Notes under the pieces: generated by a model
What the model saw: the letters and a program-made list of their open reading frames with translations, nothing else
Database searches by the model: none
Told to the model about the DNA's origin: nothing
Source: Thermodesulfobacteriota bacterium
GTDB taxonomy: Bacteria > Desulfobacterota > Desulfobaccia > Desulfobaccales > 0-14-0-80-60-11
Length of the DNA: 64,000 nt
Reading direction: 5' to 3'
Assembly (NCBI GenBank): GCA_040757175.1
Contig: JBFLXM010000012.1
Location: forward strand, 15,806-79,805
Shown here: positions 1 to 8,400 of the stretch, in pieces
Layout: the number at the start of each line of letters is the position of its first letter
Numbering within the stretch: position 1 is the stretch's first letter
Position numbers and translations under genes: made by a program

Positions 1-2
1 GC

Positions 3-305
3 ACAAGAGATACGCAGAGTGGAAATTTACGAGTCTTCCGGATGAAGGTCTGGGAGCCGGTGCTGAAGCGCCTGGGTATCCGCTACCGGCCACCCTACCA
101 GATGCGCCACACCTTTGCCACCCTGGCCATCTCCGCGGGGGAGAACATCAACTGGGTGTCTCGGATGTTGGGGCACAAGAGCCCGGTGGTGACCCTGGAA
201 AAGTACAACCGATTTGTCCCGAATCTGACCAGAACGGATGGGAAGGCGCTACTCGCGGCGGGCCTTACCGGGGAACGTTTCCCGGCTGAGAACCTAATTA
301 AGTAG
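3..305 (+). CDS. Tyrosine recombinase/phage integrase, C-terminal part (open at left edge of window)
   Basis: Frame is open from position 3. Motifs YQMRHTFAT, LGH and a catalytic-Tyr region (TLEKYNRF) match tyrosine recombinases. Ends 26 bp from the tRNA 3' end. Confidence 0.85.
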   Translation, partial: TRDTQSGNLRVFRMKVWEPVLKRLGIRYRPPYQMRHTFATLAISAGENINWVSRMLGHKSPVVTLEKYNRFVPNLTRTDGKALLAAGLTGERFPAENLIK

Positions 306-331
306 GGATATCAGGAAGTTATGCGGCAAGA

Positions 332-407
332 TGGTAGTCCCAACGGGAATCGAACCCGTGTCTTTGCCGTGAGAGGGCAATATCCTAGGCCGCTAGACGA
401 TGGGACC
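332..407 (-). tRNA. tRNA-Glu (anticodon CTC), CCA encoded
   Basis: Reverse complement GGTCCCATCGTCTAGCGGCCTAGGATATTGCCCTCTCACGGCAAAGACACGGGTTCGATTCCCGTTGGGACTACCA, 76 nt. Anticodon stem TTGCC/GGCAA, loop CT-CTC-AC, T-loop GGTTCGATTCC. Confidence 0.97.
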
Positions 408-574
408 ACGTGCCATTTTTATAACCAAAGGGTCCCGGCCTTGTCAATGGGGTTTTAGCCCCCTGGGGCCTGGAGAGGCCAGAGGAATTCCCGGCCCGGT
501 CGATTGCCACCCGCGTTGCTGATGCTTAAATTCCTGAGGGAAAGCCCTTATCACTGGATGCGGGGGAATAATTC

Positions 575-970
575 ATGCCCAAGTATCTGATTCATCACCA
601 CTTGGCCCGCCGGGAGCATTGGGACTTGCGCCTGGAAGTGGAGGGGGTGTTGAAATCCTGGGCCGTGCCCAAGGAGCCCTCCCCTGACCCCCACGTCAAA
701 CGCCTGGCCGTGATGGTGGAGGACCATCCCCTGGAGTACGGCGATTTTCAGGGGACCATTCCTGAGGGCCAATACGGGGCCGGAGAAGTGAGGATTTGGG
801 ATGCCGGCCCTTACGAAAACCTGAAGCCCCTCCCCATGGCCGCGGCCCTGGCCCAGGGCCAGGTGGAGGTGCGCCTGGAGGGCCGCAGGCTGCAGGGCAA
901 CTTCGCCTTGATCCGTTTTAAAGGCAAGGGTAAGGAAAAGGACTGGCTCTTCTTTAAGATGAAGGACTGA
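575..970 (+). CDS. Stand-alone LigD-type 3'-phosphoesterase (DNA ligase D PE domain)
   Basis: Motifs HHHLARREHWDLRLE, LKSWAVPK, KRLAVMVEDHPLEY, GEVRIWDAG. Confidence 0.9.
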   Translation: MPKYLIHHHLARREHWDLRLEVEGVLKSWAVPKEPSPDPHVKRLAVMVEDHPLEYGDFQGTIPEGQYGAGEVRIWDAGPYENLKPLPMAAALAQGQVEVRLEGRRLQGNFALIRFKGKGKEKDWLFFKMKD

Positions 971-1580
971 CCCTTGGATTTTCTATTACCAGCCGGGCCG
1001 CGGCCTGAAAGTCTTCCGGGGTATTGAGATTCATAAAGCTGCGGCCCTGGGGGTCCAGGCGGGCCACTTCCTCCGGGGGCAGCGCCAGGGGGCGGCACTG
1101 GTCCAGGAAGCGCTGCACCTGGCGGCCCCCCTCATGCAAGAAAGCCGTGAGCCGCGACAGAAGACGCACTGCATAGATGCCGGGGAAGGGCTGGGGCCCC
1201 CGGGAAGTATGGCAGATTACCGCAGTCTTGACGCCCTGGGCAGCCCGGGAGGCCAGGGCCGCCAGCAAAGACGGCTCCAGGAAGGGGACATCCGCCGCGG
1301 CCGCCAGCACCAGGGGCGTACGCGCATAAAACAGGGCGGTCTCCAATCCCCCCAGGGGTCCTTGCCAGGGCCGGAGGTCGGTGACCAGGGGCAGGCCTAA
1401 GGAGAGATGGGATTGGGGTTGGTTGGTGACCAGCCAGCATTCAGTGACCCAGGGGGCCAGCGCCTCCGCCACCCATAAAGCCAGGGGCCGGCCCCCCAGC
1501 AGCAGGGAGGGTTTATCCTGCCCCAGCCGCCGGCTCCTGCCCCCGGCCAAAACCGCGCCAGTTATTGGTTGGGAAGACAA
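954..1580 (-). CDS. mobA: Molybdenum cofactor guanylyltransferase
   Basis: LAGGRSRRLGQDK, GPLGG, ADVPF, FMNLNTPED motifs. Confidence 0.92.
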   Translation of the reverse strand: MSSQPITGAVLAGGRSRRLGQDKPSLLLGGRPLALWVAEALAPWVTECWLVTNQPQSHLSLGLPLVTDLRPWQGPLGGLETALFYARTPLVLAAAADVPFLEPSLLAALASRAAQGVKTAVICHTSRGPQPFPGIYAVRLLSRLTAFLHEGGRQVQRFLDQCRPLALPPEEVARLDPQGRSFMNLNTPEDFQAAARLVIENPRVSPSS

Positions 1581-1643
1581 AGACCCACCCCCTCTATCTT
1601 GCGCGTCTATCCAAGGTTGTCAGGAAAAATGCGGCGGCAGGGA

Positions 1644-2087
1644 TCAGGTTCCCGGTTTGTCCAGGATCTTTTCTTTCTTAACATCCCGGTTCAGATAGAC
1701 GGCGCACTGCTGGCAAGGGCCGTTGCAGAGGGTGTCGCTGTATTCCCGCACTTCATAACAGGGACGCCAGGGGAGTTTGTACGCTGGGCAGTCTTCCTTC
1801 TTCTGGCAATCGAAAATATTCCAGCAGGGGGCCAGGACCATCAGGTTCCGGAGACAGGCCAGGGTGAAGCCCCGGTCATGGATCAGCCGGTTGATCTGGT
1901 TGATTTGGGCGACGTCAAAAGTGGAATAGAGGCGGTTATTGGTATTCTTTTCCCTTAACGGCTTGATAAAGCCCTCTTTTTCATACTCCCGAATGCGCTT
2001 TTGGGAGAGGTTCACATGGCGGGAGACTTCATTGATCAGAAAGAGGTCGCCTTCGCCTGGAGCCCGTTTGTTTTTTCCTCGGGGCAT
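1644..2087 (-). CDS. MerR-family HTH regulator with C-terminal Cys/Trp-rich (CW-type) domain
   Basis: N-terminal INEVSRHVNLSQKRIREYEKEGFIKP..NNRLYS (MerR HTH). C-terminal CWNIFDC..DCPAY..PCYE..C..PCQQCAVY. Confidence 0.85.
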   Translation of the reverse strand: MPRGKNKRAPGEGDLFLINEVSRHVNLSQKRIREYEKEGFIKPLREKNTNNRLYSTFDVAQINQINRLIHDRGFTLACLRNLMVLAPCWNIFDCQKKEDCPAYKLPWRPCYEVREYSDTLCNGPCQQCAVYLNRDVKKEKILDKPGT

Positions 2088-2350
2088 GATCAATTCTATA
2101 AGGGATTAAGTTTAAACAAATTTTACATAAAACGCTTGGATATACAAGAAAAATTTCGGACCCCAAGAAATTTTTTTCCAAAGGGGGGACAGGCTTCCGG
2201 AATGCCTTGCAGAGCGGGTTAAGGCAGTCTTTAGAAGGGTGGGGGAGGGGAAAGGGGGAAAGAGGCAGGGAAGGGAGCGCCGCCGCCCGCGGCGGTTATC
2301 GAACCGGGGAGGGGGCCATCCTGCATTCCTGGTCTCTCTCCCCACGGCAG

Positions 2351-3505
2351 TTAGATCATCCTGGCCTTCAAGTTCCGGGAAACGTCGGCAAAGCCGATCA
2401 CCCGGTCCCCATAAAAGATTATCTGGGAATATCCATACCACCAGGTGTTGCCCCAAACATAGGTGGGGTAACCCTGGACCGCCAGCACTCGGCGTTTGCT
2501 GGAGCCTAAGGTAAAATATTTCCGGGAGGCTTTCCGGGCCGTCCGGGGCCGGGAGGGGGCCCTGACTTCCAGGTTGTGGCCGGTGTTGGCGTAGGCGACG
2601 ACCCGATCCCCCCGGAATTTCACCTCCGATTCCCCGTACTTCCAGGTATTGCCCACCACTCCGGTGGGGGTGCCCTGTACTGCCAGGACCCGGTCCTTGC
2701 TGGAGCCCACCGTGAAATGGACGGGACCGCGGCCAGCCGCGGCCGGAACTCCCGGCGCCAGGCGAACCCGCAGGTTTCGGGAGATATTCAAGTAGCTGAC
2801 CACCCGCCGGTTTTTAAAGGTCACCGTGGACAGTCCGTACTTCCAGGTGTTGTGGAGGATGTGTTGAGGAGGGCCTTGGACGGCCCACACCTCGTATTGG
2901 CTGGAGCCCAAGGTGAAATGGCCCTTGGGGGTCGGAAGGGTGGGACGGGCCGGACTGCCGGCCTTGGCTCCGTTCTGGGGGGCAGCCGCTGGGGGCGCGG
3001 GCTTCCCTCCCTGGATGGCTCCGGAGGCTGGAGGAACAGAGGCCGCCTCCTGGGCCGTTGTCGCCGCTGGCTGGGAAGGGGAGGTGAGATAGTTATAAAT
3101 CAGGGGAGACAGAAAAAGACCGGTTGCCAAAGCCAGGCCCAATGCCAGGATCCCGGCATGCTCCCGGAACCAAATCTGGCCGGTGCGGATCAGGGGAAGA
3201 ATACTTCCGGCCGTAGAGCCGGGTCCGGTTCCTGAAAGGGCCGCGTCCGCACTAGGTGCGGCTACCTCCAGGGGCCCCGTCGCCTTTTCCAGAAGGTGGG
3301 TTTTTAAAGATTGATACGCGGCGTTGATTTCCCTCATCCGAGCCCGGGCCTTTTCCTGAATATAGGGTTCCCGGGGGAAGCGGTCCGGATGCCAGAGCCA
3401 GGCCGCATCCCGGTGGGCCTGCCGCACTTCCGCCAGGGAGGCGCCGGGCTTAAGACGCAAAATTTTATAGGAGCGAAGCAGATGGTCCATAGCTGGCCCC
3501 TTCAT
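2351..3505 (-). CDS. J-domain (DnaJ-like) membrane protein with three C-terminal ~55-aa SmpA/OmlA-like repeats
   Basis: N-terminal J domain with HPD motif (WHPDRF), one hydrophobic helix (ILALGLALATGLFLSPLIY), Pro/Ala linker, three FT(L/V)GSS..V.AVQG.P....NTW.YG repeats. Confidence 0.8.
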   Translation of the reverse strand: MKGPAMDHLLRSYKILRLKPGASLAEVRQAHRDAAWLWHPDRFPREPYIQEKARARMREINAAYQSLKTHLLEKATGPLEVAAPSADAALSGTGPGSTAGSILPLIRTGQIWFREHAGILALGLALATGLFLSPLIYNYLTSPSQPAATTAQEAASVPPASGAIQGGKPAPPAAAPQNGAKAGSPARPTLPTPKGHFTLGSSQYEVWAVQGPPQHILHNTWKYGLSTVTFKNRRVVSYLNISRNLRVRLAPGVPAAAGRGPVHFTVGSSKDRVLAVQGTPTGVVGNTWKYGESEVKFRGDRVVAYANTGHNLEVRAPSRPRTARKASRKYFTLGSSKRRVLAVQGYPTYVWGNTWWYGYSQIIFYGDRVIGFADVSRNLKARMI

Positions 3506-3579
3506 CGAAGATTCATTAATTAGACAGGAAAAGCCGGGGAAATATTAATTTGAGGGGCATTTATCCCAGTTTGAGCCGA

Positions 3580-5184
3580 TCACTTCGTCCTTGATAACCA
3601 CTTCACCTGCTCCATCACCGCCTCGGCCTCTGATTTCTTTCCCTCCTGGTTATAGGCCAGGGCCAAGTTGCGGTAAAAGCTGACATTATCCGGGGTGAGC
3701 CTGATGGCCTCTTTAAAGTGGGGGATGGCTTCTTTGAACCTGCCCTGTTTGGCGTAGGCAATGGCCAGGTTGTTATAAGCTGAAGGATATTGGGGGGCCA
3801 GGGACAGGGTCTTTTGGTACATGGCGATGGCCTGATCGAGCTGGCCCCGGTTCACCAGGTCCATGCCCAGGTGGTGATAGGCCATGTAATTGTTGGAGTT
3901 AAGGTCGATGGCCCGGGTGAAGAGAGTCTCGGAGTTCCGCCAGTAGCCCGCCTGGCCCCAGGAGGCCAGCAGACAGGCCAGGAGCAAGGCGGCCGCGCTG
4001 GTTGACAACACGATACTCCGGTGCCGCCAACCGGCGGTGGCCTCGGAAATCCCCCAGGCGGCAATGATGAACAGGCCGATAAACGGCACATAGGTATACC
4101 GGTCCGCCATGGCCTGGCCCCCCACCTGGACCAGCCCGATCACCGGCACCAGGGTGCCCAGGTACCAGAGCCAGCCCACCGCCAGGTAAGGATGACGCCG
4201 GGAGCCGTAAAGCAGAAAAACCGTCAAAACCAGGAGCGCGAGGCCGGCCCCCGCGGCTTCCCACCAAGGCACCGGCGCCAGGGGGTAAAAAAAGATCATG
4301 GGGTAAGGCCAGAACATCTTCACCAGATACTGCACATAGGCCACCAAGGCGTTGGCGATCCGGGGCCCCAAGGGCCGGATGGCCATGGGCATCACCGCGC
4401 CGCTCCCTTTTTGGGCCGCCACGGTAATGAGACAGGAAAGCACGGTCAGGGCCAAGAGGGGGATTTTCTCTTGGAGCAGTTGCCAGTAAACTCTCTTGGC
4501 AGCCACCGGCTGGGGGTCGCCGGTTCCGGCTACCCCCGGCGCCGCACCCGGCCCGCCCGGCACCCGGCCCAGGGGCCAGTAGTCCAGGAGCAGGAGAACA
4601 AAAGGCAGGGTGACCACCATGGGTTTGGTCATCAATCCCAGGGCAAAGGCCAGGACTACCGCCAGATAGCGGAGGAGGGAGGGCGCGGCCACATAGACCG
4701 CGTAAGCCCACAGGGCAAGCAGCCAAAAAAAGGTGCTCAGGACGTCTTTTCTTTCCGCGACCCAGGCCACCGACTCCACGTGCAGGGGGTGCAGGGCGAA
4801 AAGCGCGGCCACCGCGGCGCTGGGCCAAAGGGCCCGGGTTACCCGGGCCAAAAAGAGGAAGAGGAGAATGGTGTTGGCCAGGTGCAGGACCACGTTGGTG
4901 ACATGATGCCCCCCGGGCCGCAACCCGAAAAGGTGGCAATCCAGCATGTGGGACAGCCAGGTCAAGGGGTGCCAGTTGCTGGAGTGGAACGCGGTGAAGG
5001 CCCATTTTAACCCCGGCCAGGTGAGTCCGGCCCGGACCACGGGGTTATTGGTGACATACATGTCGTCATCAAAGGTGAGGAAGTCGTGGCGGCTCACCTG
5101 GCTATAAACCAATAAGGTCCCCCCGGCGAGCAGGAGGCAAAGAAGCAGGGGCAAGCCCCCGGGAAGGCGCCGCAACCTGGTCAT
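3580..5184 (-). CDS. GT-C superfamily (TMTC-like) multi-pass glycosyltransferase with C-terminal TPRs
   Basis: First-loop DD motif (FDDDMYV), WHPLTWLSHMLD, LHPLHVESVAWVAERKDVL, DRYTYVP, many TM helices, TPR helices (AYNNLAIAYAKQGRFKEAI). Confidence 0.85.
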   Translation of the reverse strand: MTRLRRLPGGLPLLLCLLLAGGTLLVYSQVSRHDFLTFDDDMYVTNNPVVRAGLTWPGLKWAFTAFHSSNWHPLTWLSHMLDCHLFGLRPGGHHVTNVVLHLANTILLFLFLARVTRALWPSAAVAALFALHPLHVESVAWVAERKDVLSTFFWLLALWAYAVYVAAPSLLRYLAVVLAFALGLMTKPMVVTLPFVLLLLDYWPLGRVPGGPGAAPGVAGTGDPQPVAAKRVYWQLLQEKIPLLALTVLSCLITVAAQKGSGAVMPMAIRPLGPRIANALVAYVQYLVKMFWPYPMIFFYPLAPVPWWEAAGAGLALLVLTVFLLYGSRRHPYLAVGWLWYLGTLVPVIGLVQVGGQAMADRYTYVPFIGLFIIAAWGISEATAGWRHRSIVLSTSAAALLLACLLASWGQAGYWRNSETLFTRAIDLNSNNYMAYHHLGMDLVNRGQLDQAIAMYQKTLSLAPQYPSAYNNLAIAYAKQGRFKEAIPHFKEAIRLTPDNVSFYRNLALAYNQEGKKSEAEAVMEQVKWLSRTK

Positions 5185-5206
5185 GGAAAGGATGTTTCTC
5201 CAGATG

Positions 5207-5337
5207 CTGCTTCGAAAGGTTCCAGTTGCTGGTGGCACAGGCGTCTCGCCTGTGCGACGCTGGGGCGGGCGAGACGCCCGCCCCTACGGATTTTTACAAT
5301 TTTATGGGTGAGCCTAGGGCTTATGAACGATTGCTCT
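5207..5337 (-). mobile_element. Short non-coding repeat element, copy A (MITE/REPIN-like, asymmetric ends)
   Basis: On the minus strand it starts AGAGCAATCGTTCAT and ends GGAACCTTTCGAAGCAG, matching the ends of the copies at 13317 and 63316. Contains two GC hairpins (5235-5255, 5263-5283). Confidence 0.65.
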
Positions 5338-5363
5338 GCTCAATTTACCACCTTGGATCATTC

Positions 5364-5401
5364 AAAGCAAAGGGCCCTTCGACCGAGAGCGGAAGGACCC
5401 T
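5364..5401 (-). terminator. Probable intrinsic terminator after the autotransporter gene
   Basis: Minus strand AGGGTCCTTC-loop-GAAGGGCCCT followed by TTGCTTT, about 55 bp after the stop codon. Confidence 0.55.
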
Positions 5402-5456
5402 GTAGCAGTCTATGAAGCCGGCAAGATTTGCCTGGACGGGTGGTCGCCGTCTTTCC

Positions 5457-8400
5457 TCAGAACTCCCAGCGGAGGCCCGCGTTCAAGCTATGGGCAGTGT
5501 AGCTCCCCCGCCCCACTTCCACGTTGTAATCGAGCTGGGCCCTGACGTTCTTCCTGATCCCCAAGGTGCAGTTGGCCCCCAACACGGCAAAGTCCCGGTG
5601 GGGGCTGTCGGTCTGCCAGGTGGAAGTGCTGCTGCCCTGGCTGAGGCGCGCATCCAAACCCCGGCTGTCATTGGCGAATTCGTGCTGGTAGGTCGCATAG
5701 ACCTGGGGCACCACCAGGGTGGAATTCCGTTTTAGGGGCAGGGAGACCTTGGCGCCTACGCCGCTCTGCAGCGAGGCCGCGCTCTGGGAGCCCACTTGCA
5801 GATTCAGAGAATTGGCGCCGTCCTCCGCAAAGCCGCCCACCCAGATCTGGGAGTAGGCCAGGGAGACCAGGGGGGTAACCACCAGGGGCCGCCACTTCAG
5901 GTCGTATCCCGCTTCCCCGTAGCCGTTAAACTGATGCCCGGTGGGGGAACTTTTGGCCCGGCGGTCAACCCCCTCAAACGCGATATTACGGTCCAGGGTG
6001 AATAGGTTAAGGCTGTAACCCAAGGACCCGAAGGCATAGCCGGATTCCGGGAGATAGGCCGCATAGGCGGTGATGGGCCAGTTGTTGTTGGCTACGTTAC
6101 CTCCGGAGCCGCGGAAGCTGGCGCCCAGGTGGTTGTAACCGGTGGCCAGGCCCACCAGGAGGTCGTCCCGCACCCGGTAGTCGCCTCCCAGGGTGAACCC
6201 GGCCCCGGTATAACTATAGCCCGTCTGGTTGACCGTGGTTCCCTGACCCCCCAGCAGGAGATTGGGCAACAGGTAGAAGGCCAGGGGGGAGGCCCCGGCC
6301 CCGGCCTTCTGGCCGGTTATGAGTTCGGCCAGGCTGGAGCCGTTATAGGCCAGCATCAGACCGGCCCCGGAAATCCCGTAATTGCCCAGGGAGTCGAGCC
6401 CGAACGCGGTTTGGACCTCCCGGGTGCCGAAACGCCCGCTGGTGATCCACTGGGCCAGATTGCGCATCTGGGAACCGGCCCCGGTCAGGCCCAGGCTGGC
6501 CAGAGCCCCGGCCTTCTCCGGGGAGATCTGGGTGTAGGCGTTGGCCACCGCCCCAGTGGTGGGGAGGCTGTCGATGGCGTTTAAGACATAGTTCAGATCC
6601 CCGGTGGCGCTGTCAGCCACGCTGCCCAGCATGTTCCCCACAGACCGCTGATTCTTGGTTAGCCCCGCCAGATTGCTGTAATTGCGCTGCACCCAGAGGT
6701 CGACGCTGTTGGCGTTATAACGGGGTTGCCAAGACAAGGTGGGGCCGATTTGCTGGTTGAGGATACTGCTGAAGGTCCCGGTTATGCCCCCGGCGGCCGT
6801 AATTATTCCGGAGAAGACCTGGTTGCCCAGGGGACGATAGCCGCCCAAAAGACTTATAGCCAGGGTGCCGTTTAGGCTGGCGGTGCCGCCGTTGACGGTA
6901 ATCCGGTCGTAAATGGAGGCGGAGGCGATCTCCGCCTGATAAACGCCCGCGGCCGTCTGGGCATAGGAGCCGATGATGGTAAGAACGCCCACGGACTGGC
7001 CGGGGCTGACGGTGCCGGCATTCGTCAGACTCCCGAAAATGGTCCCGGTGCCCATGACCAGGGTCTGGTTTACCAGGTATCCGCTGTAATCCCCGCCCTG
7101 GAAATTCAAAATATTGTAGTTCATCTCGCCGCCGCTGCGGAGGAAGTGGCCCCCGGCGTTGATATTGATGAGGCCCGCGCTGAGACTGCCGCCGTCCAGC
7201 TCATAGGTGCCGCTGCTGCCGGCGCCCGCGGCCAGGGTCAGGGCCCCGGCCACCATGTGGCTGCCGCCCCCCTGGATGAAGGCGCCAAGGCCCAGGTTGC
7301 CGATGACCTCATTGCCCCCCACCGCCAGAACGCCGTCAATTAAAGCATAGGAGCCCATGCCGCTGGTTTGGTCACCCAGAAAGAGATTGTTGGCCACGGT
7401 GTGGCTGCCGCCGGTTTGCATCATCGCGCCGCTGCCGGTTTGGCCCACGCAGGCATTGGCCGCGGCCAGGCTGCCGCCCGTCATGAAGTAGGTGCCGTCA
7501 CCGCCGGACGCGGCCCCCAAGATGAGGTTGTTGGCCACCGTATTGGTGCCGCCGCTCTGCAAGAAGACCCCCAAACCGGCATTGCCGATCACCGCGTTGC
7601 CGCCCACGGCCAGGCTGCCGGCGTCCAACTGGTAAAGGCCATAGCTGCTGTCTTGAAGGCCCAGGGAGAGGTTGTTGGCCACGGTGTGAGTGCCGCCGGT
7701 TTGCATAAACGTGCCGCCGCTGGCTTGGCCCACGCAGGTATTGGCCGCGGTTAGGCTGCCACCCTCCAACAAATAGGCGCCGTTGCCGCCGCATACAGCC
7801 CCCAGGGTGAGGGTGTTGGCCACCGTATTGGTGCCGCCGCTCTGATAGAAGGCTCCATCACCGGCATCACCGATGACCGCGTTACCGCCCACCCCGAGAC
7901 TGCCGCCAGTTAAAGTGTAAGCGCCGTCGCTGCCGTTGACGAGCCCCAAAACCAGGCTATCGGTCACGGTGTGGACGCCGCCGCTCTGGGTGAAGGCGCC
8001 CAGCGCGGCGATGCCGATATATTCCGTAGCCGCGGTGAGAGTGCCGCCGATTAAATCGTAGGCGCCCTCGCCGGCAACTCCCACCCCCAGGCTGCCGGCC
8101 ACGGTGTGGGTGCCGCCGCTTTGGGTGAAAGCGCCGCTGCCGACGCTGCCGATTTCCTCGAAAGCAGCCGAGAGGCTGCCGTCGTTGAGGTTATAGACGC
8201 CGCTGCCGTCCGCAAAGAATCCCAGATACAGGCCGTTGGTCACGGTGTGGGTGCCGCCGCTTTGGGTAAACGCGCCGCTGCCGTCCATGCCGAGTATGGC
8301 GGCGTCAGACGACAGGCTGCCGCCGCTGAGATTATAGGCGCCGCTGCCGGTGGAACCGCGTCCCACATAAAGGGTAGCCACCTCGTGGGTCCCCCCGCTC

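Noticed and set aside
2094-2350. Moco riboswitch or other known RNA upstream of mobA; G-rich tract at about 2237-2275
   Set aside because: No recognisable riboswitch core. The G/A-rich tract looks like low-complexity intergenic sequence.
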